Below are positions 26,165-34,094 of a stretch of 34,094 nt of DNA, in pieces (position 1 is the first letter of the stretch; the number at the start of each line of letters is the position of its first letter). The DNA is from Eubacteriales bacterium (GTDB lineage Bacteria > Bacillota > Clostridia > Oscillospirales > CAG-272). The position numbers and the translations under genes are program-made. The stretch lies in contig JBGVFO010000174.1 in assembly GCA_045121195.1 (NCBI GenBank), positions 1 through 34,094 on the forward strand, written 5' to 3'. Below the pieces are notes generated by a model. That model was not told where the DNA came from, ran no database searches, and worked only from the letters and a program-made list of their open reading frames with translations.

Positions 26165-27727
26165 ATGGATTCTAAAAGTAACATGATAAACGATACGAAA
26201 AAGCAGAGCAACGGCACGTCCTTGCTCCTGGAGACCCGCGTTTACGGTACGGTCTACAATCCGGAAACCATCTATTCTCAGCTATCGCTTTCCTCCCGCG
26301 TTGAGATCGGATTCGTTCTGTCGGGAAGCGGCGTCCACCGCATCGTCAATCAGGAGATCCCCTGCCGAGAGGGCGATATCTTCATCGTAAACGCCAATAT
26401 TCCTCACGGGTATTTCACGAATGAAAAAGGCACCTCGCTGGAAGTGCGTCTTGTTCGCTTCGAACCCCGAGAATGGCTGGAGGGCGAGATTGCCTCCATA
26501 GATACGCCGCGCTTTTGCTACGGCGTGTTCCACGAAACGACCACCACGGCGTACGCTATGCTAAACACCAAGACCCAGCAGGAGGTTCATTTCCTATTTG
26601 AGGCGTTGGAAGCCGAGCTTGCCGAGCAAACGGACGAGTGGGAAAACGCTGTCAAAGCGCACCTTTCCCTTCTTCTTATTACGGTTGGGCGGTATATCAA
26701 CAGCGCCATTAAAAGCACGCCCGCGGCGCGCCCCAAGGACTGGGCGCTGATCGCTTCGGCGATCAGAACCATCTCCAAGCGCTATGGGGAAAACACCCTC
26801 ACGCTGGACTCGATCGCGGGGGATCTGTTCGTCAGCCCGTCCCATCTCAGTCGCGTGTTCCAACAAATGATGGAGATCTCCTTTTCCAAATACCTTCGCT
26901 CGGTCCGCATAGACAATGCCTGCCGTCTGCTGAAGGATACCGAGATGACGGTCGAGGAGATCGTTGCCGCCATCGGTCTTCGGGATATTCCCACCTTCTA
27001 TCACTCCTTTGGTGTGCAGGTCGGAATGACCCCCAATCAATACAGAACCGAACAAAAAAATAAAGCTATAGAAGAATTGAAAGGAAAAAGAGCTATGATT
27101 ATTCTCTCCGAAATTTCCGCACAACTGCAGGCAGGCAAGGCAAAGCTGGTAAAAGAGATGGTTCAGCAGGCCATTGACGAGGGCATTCCCGCCGAGACCA
27201 TCCTCAAGGAAGGTCTTGTGGCAGGCATGAACGTCATCGGTGAAAAGTTCAAGAACAACGAGGTCTTCGTTCCCGAGGTTCTGGTTGCCGCACGCGCTAT
27301 GAACCAGGGTGCCGCACTTCTTAAGCCCCTTCTCGTACAGGAGGGTGTTAAGTCGGCAGGTAAGGTTTGCATCGGCACGGTGCTTGGCGACCTTCACGAT
27401 ATCGGTAAGAACATCGTTAAGATGATGCTGGAGGGCAAGGGCTTTGAGGTGATCGACCTCGGCACCGACGTTCCCCCCGAATCCTTCGTTAACACTGCCA
27501 AGGAGCAGGGCTGTCAGATCATTTGCTGCTCCGCCCTTCTTACCACCACTATGGGTGTTATGGCAGACGTTGTAAAAGCGGCAGAGGCCGCAGGCATCCG
27601 CGATCAGGTTAAGATCATGGTCGGCGGTGCTCCCATCACCGAGGACTTCGCCCGTGAGATCGGTGCGGACGCTTATACTGCCGACGCAGCAAGCTGCGCC
27701 GAGCTGGCTCTCACTCTCGTAAAATAA
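26165..27727 (+). CDS. AraC regulator fused in frame to a corrinoid (B12-binding) protein; internal start likely at 27095
   Basis: Cupin + double HTH (SPSHLSRVF, GMTPNQYR), then GLVAGMNVIGEKF..NEVFVPEVL, GDLHDIGKNIV (DxHxxG), SALLTTT, VGGAP. Confidence 0.85.
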   Translation: MDSKSNMINDTKKQSNGTSLLLETRVYGTVYNPETIYSQLSLSSRVEIGFVLSGSGVHRIVNQEIPCREGDIFIVNANIPHGYFTNEKGTSLEVRLVRFEPREWLEGEIASIDTPRFCYGVFHETTTTAYAMLNTKTQQEVHFLFEALEAELAEQTDEWENAVKAHLSLLLITVGRYINSAIKSTPAARPKDWALIASAIRTISKRYGENTLTLDSIAGDLFVSPSHLSRVFQQMMEISFSKYLRSVRIDNACRLLKDTEMTVEEIVAAIGLRDIPTFYHSFGVQVGMTPNQYRTEQKNKAIEELKGKRAMIILSEISAQLQAGKAKLVKEMVQQAIDEGIPAETILKEGLVAGMNVIGEKFKNNEVFVPEVLVAARAMNQGAALLKPLLVQEGVKSAGKVCIGTVLGDLHDIGKNIVKMMLEGKGFEVIDLGTDVPPESFVNTAKEQGCQIICCSALLTTTMGVMADVVKAAEAAGIRDQVKIMVGGAPITEDFAREIGADAYTADAASCAELALTLVK

Positions 27728-27736
27728 GAGGTAACT

Positions 27737-28729
27737 ATGAACATTCGTGAATTTCTTTGGAACGAGGCTCGCTCCGAAGCACACCGCGGTCTTCCCATCC
27801 TTTCCTTCCCTGCCGCCTCCAAGCTTGGTGTTACGGTAGATCAGCTGGTAAAGGACGCCGAGACCCAGGCGCGCGCCATCTCCTACGTTGCCGCCGAGAC
27901 CCCCTCGCTCGCCGCCATCAGCCTGATGGATCTTTCGGTAGAGGCGGAGGCGTTCGGCGCCGACGTCCGCTTCTCCGAGAACGAGGTCCCCGTCGTTGTG
28001 GGGCAGTTGGTTTCCGACGAGGACGAAGCCAATGCCTTGGCGGTTCCCTCTCTTGACGCAGGACGCGCTCGCGTTTGCATCGAGGGCATCCGTCTTGCCA
28101 AGGAGCGCATCACCGACAAGCCTCTGCTTGCGGGTATGATCGGTCCCTACTCTCTCGCGGGACGTCTGATGGACGTCACCGAGATCATGTATCTCTGCTT
28201 CGACGAGCCCGAAACGGTACATACCGTGCTTGACAAGGCGACCGAGTACCTGATCACCTACGGTGCCGCTATGAAAGAGGCAGGCGCCGACGGCATTATG
28301 ATGGCAGAGCCTCTTGCGGGCATTCTCTCTCCCGCTATGGCGGAGGAATTTTCGGTTCCCTACGTCAAGCGCATCATCGATGCCCTTCAGGATGACGACT
28401 TCGCCGTGATCTATCACAACTGCGGCAATGCCGTTCCCGATATGCTGGAGGAAATCTACTCCCAGGGCGCCGCGGCTTACCATTTCGGTAACGCCGTTGA
28501 TCTCGCCGCCATTCTCGAAAAGACACCTGCCGACATTCTTTGCATGGGTAACATCGACCCCGTTTCGCAGTTTGCCGAAGGAACTCCCGACTCTATGCGC
28601 GCGGCGGTCAAGTCCTTACTTGACACCTGCGGCGGCTATCGGAATTTCATTCCCTCGTCGGGCTGTGATATTCCCGCTCACGCAAATTGGGATAACATTC
28701 ACGCCTTCTTTACGGCATTGGAGAACTGA
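27737..28729 (+). CDS. MtaA/CmuA-like methylcobamide methyltransferase (URO-D fold)
   Basis: MDLSVEAEAFG, GPYSLA..L, YHNCG, GNIDP, GTP, SSGCDIP Zn ligands. Confidence 0.88.
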   Translation: MNIREFLWNEARSEAHRGLPILSFPAASKLGVTVDQLVKDAETQARAISYVAAETPSLAAISLMDLSVEAEAFGADVRFSENEVPVVVGQLVSDEDEANALAVPSLDAGRARVCIEGIRLAKERITDKPLLAGMIGPYSLAGRLMDVTEIMYLCFDEPETVHTVLDKATEYLITYGAAMKEAGADGIMMAEPLAGILSPAMAEEFSVPYVKRIIDALQDDDFAVIYHNCGNAVPDMLEEIYSQGAAAYHFGNAVDLAAILEKTPADILCMGNIDPVSQFAEGTPDSMRAAVKSLLDTCGGYRNFIPSSGCDIPAHANWDNIHAFFTALEN

Positions 28730-28730
28730 A

Positions 28731-29270
28731 ATGACACATCAAGACATGATCGACACCGCTCTTGACCTCGGCTTGAGCGGTGCCGTCGTATTCCCCGCAT
28801 CCGAGATCGTCACCGACCGCGCCTTTCGCGAGGCGTGTGCCTCCAATCAATGCGGCAAGTACGGAAAATGCTGGACCTGTCCCCCCGACGTGGGGGATAT
28901 TGACGCGCTCATCGCCTCCCTCGGCGAGTACAAAACCTGCTTGCTGTACCAGTCCATCTCAACGCTGGAGGACAGCTACGATTTTGAAGGAATGCAGGCG
29001 GCAGGAACGCGGCACGCGCAGTTGAGCCGCGCTCTCGGCAAAAAGCTATCGCCCTATCTCGGAGAAAAGGCCCTCCATCTGGGCGCGGGCGGCTGCCGCT
29101 TCTGTCCGCGGTGCGCCAAGCTTGACGATCTTCCCTGCCGCGCCCCCGAGGAAGCCCTTTCCTCCCTTGAAGCATATGGCATCAACGTATATCAGACCGT
29201 GAAAAAAACGGCGCTGAAGTATATCAACGGACAAAACACCGTGACCTATTTTGGCGCGATCCTCTTTTAG
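28731..29270 (+). CDS. DUF2284 family metal-binding protein
   Basis: C..NQCGKYGKCWTCPP, GAGGC..C..C, PC..PE.A..SLEAYGINV. Confidence 0.85.
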   Translation: MTHQDMIDTALDLGLSGAVVFPASEIVTDRAFREACASNQCGKYGKCWTCPPDVGDIDALIASLGEYKTCLLYQSISTLEDSYDFEGMQAAGTRHAQLSRALGKKLSPYLGEKALHLGAGGCRFCPRCAKLDDLPCRAPEEALSSLEAYGINVYQTVKKTALKYINGQNTVTYFGAILF

Positions 29271-29279
29271 GAGATAACT

Positions 29280-30740
29280 ATGTATCAGCTGACCGTTCTT
29301 CGGGACAAAACCGTCACTACGATCCCTTTTGAGGGGGAACAGCCCCTCGACGCCGTTCTTATCGGGGCGGGTCTTTCCGTCGCGCATCCCTGCGGCGGAA
29401 GAGGAACCTGTGGCAAGTGCGCCGTGGAGATCACGGGCGCCATCTCGCCTCCCGACGAAGCCGAGCAAAGAGCGGGAACGCGTCTGTCCTGCCGCGTGAT
29501 CCTTCGCGGTAACGCCACCGTTACCCTGCTGAATACCGACGCGGGCATGCGGATCGAATCCGAATCGCGCGCCGACACCGTGGCAAACCGCCCTATGGCA
29601 GGTCGCTACGGCGCGGCGGTGGACATCGGCACCACCACGGTTGCCCTTCGCGTCTACGATCTTGAGAACGGAGCCCTTCTGGGGCAAGCTGCCGCTCTCA
29701 ATCCCCAGCGAAGCATCGCCGCAGACGTGATGGGGCGCATCGACGCCGCCACCCACGGCGGGCTTTCCCTTTTACAAAAGCAGATCACCGATTGTATTGC
29801 GACACTTCTTGCGGAAGCAACCGCAGACAAGGATATTGCCGTGGACGCCTTGGTTCTCAGCGGCAACACTACCATGCTCTATCTTCTTGTGGGACGGGAG
29901 CCCTCGTCCCTTGCCACCGCTCCCTTTGCGGCAGACACCCTGTTTGATACCGAAACCGAGATCTTGGGCATCCCCGCCTACCTGCCCCCCTGTATGGGCG
30001 CCTTTGTGGGCGCGGACATTACCTCAGCGCTCCTCGCAAGCGGCGTGTGCGATAAAAAAGGAACCTTTCTGCTCTGCGACATCGGCACCAACGGTGAGAT
30101 CGCCCTTGTTCGCGACGGAACGCTTCTCGTCACCTCTACGGCGGCGGGCCCTGCCTTTGAGGGCGTAGGCATCTCGTCGGGCTGTATGGGTGTTTCGGGT
30201 GCCATTGACCGCGTGTGGGCGGAAAACGGCGCGCTTCGCTTTACCACCATCGACGGGAAGCCCCCCATTGGCATTTGCGGATCGGGTCTGATCGACGCCG
30301 TCGCCGCAGCCCTCTCTCTGGAGCTTGTTGACGAAACGGGCGCCATGGAGGAGGACGAGATCGATCTTGGTGGCATCAAGCTCCTGCCGAAAGACGTTCG
30401 CGCCCTACAGTTAGCAAAGGCAGCCATCGCGGCGGGAATCGCAACCCTCCTCGAGGAAGCCGAAATTACGGAAGCCGAGATCGACGAATGTGTGATCGCA
30501 GGCGGCTTTGGAAGTCATCTGTCCCCTGTGAGTGCCGCCGTCATCGGACTTCTTCCCACGGCGCTGGTTCCCCGTATCCGAACCATCGGGAACGGGTCTC
30601 TGGACGGTGCGACCCAGGTGCTTCTTGACACCGAAAAACGCGACACCCTCCGTCGGATCGCCGCCTCTGCCACGTCAGTCAGCCTCGGCGGCAACCCCAC
30701 CTTCAACGACTACTATATTGAAAAAATGATGTTTGAATAA
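29280..30740 (+). CDS. ASKHA-domain reductive activator of corrinoid proteins with N-terminal 2Fe-2S ferredoxin
   Basis: CGGRGTCGKC...RLSC, DIGTTT, GNTTM, FVGADI, DIGTNGE, AAGPAFEG, GICGSG, QLAKAAI, AGGFG. Confidence 0.92.
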   Translation: MYQLTVLRDKTVTTIPFEGEQPLDAVLIGAGLSVAHPCGGRGTCGKCAVEITGAISPPDEAEQRAGTRLSCRVILRGNATVTLLNTDAGMRIESESRADTVANRPMAGRYGAAVDIGTTTVALRVYDLENGALLGQAAALNPQRSIAADVMGRIDAATHGGLSLLQKQITDCIATLLAEATADKDIAVDALVLSGNTTMLYLLVGREPSSLATAPFAADTLFDTETEILGIPAYLPPCMGAFVGADITSALLASGVCDKKGTFLLCDIGTNGEIALVRDGTLLVTSTAAGPAFEGVGISSGCMGVSGAIDRVWAENGALRFTTIDGKPPIGICGSGLIDAVAAALSLELVDETGAMEEDEIDLGGIKLLPKDVRALQLAKAAIAAGIATLLEEAEITEAEIDECVIAGGFGSHLSPVSAAVIGLLPTALVPRIRTIGNGSLDGATQVLLDTEKRDTLRRIAASATSVSLGGNPTFNDYYIEKMMFE

Positions 30741-30744
30741 CGAA

Positions 30745-30780
30745 AAAGCCCCCGACAGACTTTGATCTGTCGGGGGCTTT
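30745..30780. terminator. Terminator between convergent genes
   Basis: AAAGCCCCCGACAGA-ctttga-TCTGTCGGGGGCTTT. Confidence 0.85.
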
Positions 30781-30787
30781 CCCCATA

Positions 30788-31213
30788 TCAGGTAAAATCA
30801 ATCTCGAAGCGGACTCCGTTTGAAAACAGGATTCCGCTTGTCAGCTTAATACAAAGAATGCAAGTATTTACGTCGCTAAAATCATTGTGCCCGTTGTCGA
30901 TCCACACGGAAAACACCTGTCGCATTTTATCGGCAATACGGGAATTTTCCGCCTTACCGAAGTAGCCAAGATTCGCCCCTCGTCCCTGCGCGGTAAACCA
31001 CTCTCCCGCCACAGACACCGTCGGATTTTGCTCGATCTGCTTCATTTTGCCCGACAGAGCGTGGGTCAGCACGTAAAAGGCGCCGTCCTCATAGAACGCG
31101 TCCACCGTGCGAACGTAAGGAATACCGTTGACGGCAGTCGCGAGGGCGATCAGACTGTCCTTCCCAAATCGCTCCGTAAGAATTTTCTCTATTTCCTTCG
31201 ACAGTTTCTCCAC
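30788..31213 (-). CDS. Pyridoxamine 5'-phosphate oxidase-like FMN-binding protein
   Basis: IALATA..GIPYVR.V, T...S.KMKQIEQNP.V; GTG start with AGGAGG. Confidence 0.85.
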   Translation of the reverse strand: MEKLSKEIEKILTERFGKDSLIALATAVNGIPYVRTVDAFYEDGAFYVLTHALSGKMKQIEQNPTVSVAGEWFTAQGRGANLGYFGKAENSRIADKMRQVFSVWIDNGHNDFSDVNTCILCIKLTSGILFSNGVRFEIDFT

Positions 31214-31235
31214 AGTGCTTCCTCCTATGCCCGTG

Positions 31236-32462
31236 TTACCGCTCTACGTCGGCGTAGATCGTCACAAGCTCCATAAGGATCTCGGTCGCCTTCTCCATTC
31301 CCTCAACGGTAATGTGCTCATAGGGACCGTGGAAGGCATAGCCGCCCGTTCCAAGATTGGGACAGGGCAGTCCCATATAGGACAGCCGCGCGCCGTCGGT
31401 ACCGCCGCGAATAGGCTCTACGCGCGCCTCCACGCCGCAACGCTCACAGGCGAGCTTCGCGTTTTCCACAAGGTGAATGCAAGGCTCCACCATTTCCTTC
31501 ATATTGCGGTATTGCTCACGGATAGTAAGCGTCGCCGTTCCTTCGCCGTATTTTTCGTTTACCGTCTTTTCAATGTGGCGAAGGATGGTCTTGCGCGCCT
31601 CGAACATTCCGAAGTCGTGGTCGCGCACGATATAGTCCAGACGCGCCGCGGAGCAATCTCCCCGCATATCGGTCAGGTGATAAAAGCCCTCGTAGCCCTC
31701 GGTCTTGGCGGGAATATCCGCAGCGGGAAGCATGGCGTTGATCTCCATGGCTACCAGCGCCGCATTGATCATAACGTTCTTGGCGGAGCCGGGATGAACG
31801 TTCATTCCCTTGATGTCAAAGCGGGCGCCGCAGGCGTTGAAATTCTCATATTCAAGTCCGCCCTCGGCACCGCCGTCCACCGTATAAGCGTAATCGGCGC
31901 CGAAACGTACCACGTCAAAATGATCTGCACCGCTTCCGATCTCCTCGTCGGGGGTGAAGCCGATGCAGACGGTTCCGTGAGGGATCCCAGCGGTAAGAAT
32001 GCGCTCCGCCACCGTCATGATCTCGGCAACGCCCGCCTTATCGTCAGCGCCGAGAAGGGTGGTACCGTCGGTGGTGATCAGGGTGCGTCCCGCAAGGGTC
32101 GGCAGATGGGGGAACACGTCAAGGGACAGGGTGCGTCCGCTCTCTCCAAGCTTCACCTCACCACCGTCGTAATTCTCAATGATCTGGGGGGTAACGCCCT
32201 CGCCCGAGAAGTCGGGGGAGGTGTCCATATGGGCGATCAAGCCCAGCCGTACACGGTTCTCATAGCCTTCGGTGGCAGGGATCTCGGCATAAACGTAGCA
32301 TTTGTCGTCCACCGTCACGTTGGCGCAACCAAGTGCCTTCAGCTCCTCGCCCAAAAGCCGTGCAAGATCAAACTGACAGGAGGTACTGGGCACCGTTCCC
32401 GTTTCGTCGTCGCTCTTGGTATTGATCGCAATATATTTCAAAAATCGTTCGTAAGCCTTCAT
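31236..32462 (-). CDS. pepT: Peptidase T (tripeptidase)
   Basis: ERFLKY, AHMDTSP, DGTTLLGADDKAG, FTPDEEIG, YENFNA, HPGSAK, IRGGTDG, FHGPYE; start from AGGAG RBS. Confidence 0.97.
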   Translation of the reverse strand: MKAYERFLKYIAINTKSDDETGTVPSTSCQFDLARLLGEELKALGCANVTVDDKCYVYAEIPATEGYENRVRLGLIAHMDTSPDFSGEGVTPQIIENYDGGEVKLGESGRTLSLDVFPHLPTLAGRTLITTDGTTLLGADDKAGVAEIMTVAERILTAGIPHGTVCIGFTPDEEIGSGADHFDVVRFGADYAYTVDGGAEGGLEYENFNACGARFDIKGMNVHPGSAKNVMINAALVAMEINAMLPAADIPAKTEGYEGFYHLTDMRGDCSAARLDYIVRDHDFGMFEARKTILRHIEKTVNEKYGEGTATLTIREQYRNMKEMVEPCIHLVENAKLACERCGVEARVEPIRGGTDGARLSYMGLPCPNLGTGGYAFHGPYEHITVEGMEKATEILMELVTIYADVER

Positions 32463-32572
32463 AACCGTCTCCTTGTTTGTTTTCTTCATTGTACCACATC
32501 ACAAGCGCAAAAGCAAGAAAAACTTGCATTCACGAAAAAAACGTGATACAATGAAGAAAAGGCGGTGAGAAT

Positions 32573-33541
32573 ATGGCAGTAGGCAAGCAAAAATCGGCAC
32601 GGAACAAAACGATCGATCTGTCCCTGGAGGAAGGAAGGGCGTATCTTGACGCCGTTCTTGACGGGAAAGGAGCGCTTTCCGAGTCCCCTATTGACCGCGT
32701 GATCCTTGGCGACACCCTCACCGTGCTTCCAAGGCTCAAGCGAGGCTCGGTCGACCTTCTCATCGTCGATCCGCCCTATAATCTCAAAAAGAACTTCGGT
32801 GCCGTCAAATTCAAGGTCACCGACAGCGAATCCTACCGCGCGTACACCCGTGCTTGGCTGGAGGCGGCATTACCCCTTCTCTCCCCCACCGCCAGCGTTT
32901 ACGTCTGCTGCGACTGGCAATCGGGGCTGATCATCGGCGAGGTGCTGGGGGAATATCTCCACGTACGCAACCGCATTACCTGGCAACGGGAAAAGGGGCG
33001 AGGCGCGGCAAAAAATTGGAAGAACGGCATGGAGGACATCTGGTTTGCTACCGTGTCGGAGGAGTATACCTTTGACCTTAACGCAGTCAAGCTTCGCCGT
33101 CGGGTGCTGGCGCCGTATACCAAAGACGGACAACCCCGCGATTGGCAGGAGGATCCCGAGAGCGGCGCCAAGTTCCGCGACACCTGCCCCTCCAATTTTT
33201 GGGACGATATTTCTATTCCCTATTGGTCTATGGCGGAAAATACCGCACATCCCACGCAAAAGCCGGAAAAGCTGATAGCAAAACTGATTTTGGCAAGCTC
33301 CAAGGAGGGAGATCTTGTTCTTGATCCCTTTCTCGGTTCAGGCACCACCGCCGTAGTCGCCAAAAAGCTGGGGCGGCATTTTATCGGAATCGAACAGGAT
33401 CCCACCTACTGCATATGGGCACAGAAGCGTTTGGAAGATGCGGAGCGCGACCCCTCCATCCAGGGCTACGTGGACGGCGTATTTTGGGAAAGAAACACCC
33501 AGGCGGAGCAAAAAAAGGCGAAAAACAGTAAAGGAAATTGA
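32573..33541 (+). CDS. DNA N4/N6 methyltransferase (beta class), no cognate endonuclease nearby
   Basis: DPPYN precedes HPTQKP and LDPFLGSGTT. Confidence 0.92.
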   Translation: MAVGKQKSARNKTIDLSLEEGRAYLDAVLDGKGALSESPIDRVILGDTLTVLPRLKRGSVDLLIVDPPYNLKKNFGAVKFKVTDSESYRAYTRAWLEAALPLLSPTASVYVCCDWQSGLIIGEVLGEYLHVRNRITWQREKGRGAAKNWKNGMEDIWFATVSEEYTFDLNAVKLRRRVLAPYTKDGQPRDWQEDPESGAKFRDTCPSNFWDDISIPYWSMAENTAHPTQKPEKLIAKLILASSKEGDLVLDPFLGSGTTAVVAKKLGRHFIGIEQDPTYCIWAQKRLEDAERDPSIQGYVDGVFWERNTQAEQKKAKNSKGN

Positions 33542-33548
33542 TGTTTAT

Positions 33549-33792
33549 CGGTGTGTTATGGCTACGCCGAAAACGAACGAAACCCTCTAACACCGTAGGG
33601 GGCGACGTCCTCGGCGCCCCGAAAGCCACCAAATTTGATTTTGTTCATGGCTACGCTCAAATCCTCACCACAGACGGCTTTCACCAATTTTATAATCGCA
33701 AATCCTTTCGTTTCGGGGCGCCGAGGACGTCGCCCCCTACAAGGTTTGTATGTCGCCATTTCGTCACATCGAACCCACCGATAAATCAAAAT
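33549..33792. repeat. REPIN/MITE-like element with perfect 30-bp inverted GTAG REP pair
   Basis: GTAGGGGGCGACGTCCTCGGCGCCCCGAAA 33595-33624 and exact reverse complement 33711-33740; outer TTTATCGGT / ACCGATAAA. Confidence 0.85.
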
Positions 33793-33808
33793 GTGAAACG
33801 CTTGAAAA

Positions 33809-34094
33809 ACGGGAATTGACCGCACGCCTTGCGGCTCGGTCAGGCTCGGGTCTGACACCACACTGTGGTGTCATTCAAGACCTCGCCTTGTACGTTTTCT
33901 GTTTTTTCGACAGAAAAACGGCGGTGTTCAGCCGCCGAGAAAAACGTATCGGAGAACCAAAGGTTCTCCAAATTCCCTCCATATTCAAGACCAAAACAAA
34001 AGAGGAGCACGATGTGCATGGAGACGGGAATTGACTCTCGCCTGCGGGCTCGGTCAGGCTCGGGTCTGACACCACACTGTGGTGTCATTCAAGA
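33809..34094. repeat. Two direct copies of a ~70-bp intergenic repeat
   Basis: 33833-33880 identical to 34047-34094 (48 bp), both preceded by ACGGGAATTGAC; internal palindrome TGACACCACA-c-TGTGGTGTCA. Confidence 0.85.

Noticed and set aside
24982-28729. hemE assignment for the URO-D-fold genes
   Set aside because: Zn-binding HxCG motifs and the corrinoid/activator context indicate methyltransferases; no heme pathway genes nearby
20357-32546. Long shadow ORFs 20357-22411, 23943-24908, 24775-25824, 26594-28483, 31128-32546
   Set aside because: Antisense to recognisable genes and lacking domain motifs
33538-34088. Short ORFs at the window end
   Set aside because: They lie within REP and direct-repeat DNA

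Overview
Clostridia-like (Firmicutes) chromosomal window. Housekeeping genes (ligA partial, amidase, holA, a duplicated-module lipoprotein, rsmI, asd) are followed by tRNA-Leu(UAG). An ~8.2 kb element (8504-16712) is integrated at the tRNA 3' end. It carries tnpV, an HTH regulator, a low-GC defence cassette (AbiH, Zn-ribbon nuclease, CapRel-like toxSAS), a LexA-like repressor and a large serine recombinase, but no relaxase. It also carries a non-coding array of seven units (14515-14870), each a conserved TGCTTG/CT core at constant distance from a variable inverted repeat. I interpret this as a possible multi-specificity oriT-mimic array, the most novel signal here. A second, decayed low-GC island (about 16.7-20.2 kb) holds XRE/ImmA and a DUF4417-toxin-immunity-like operon. 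That operon's leader is complementary to a putative small RNA encoded downstream of the operon. The right half has a lipoprotein, CsoR/RcnR plus a DMT transporter, a corrinoid methyltransferase cluster with an AraC-corrinoid protein fusion, pepT, an orphan DNA methyltransferase and REP-like repeats. All calls come from reading motifs by eye; no database searches were run.
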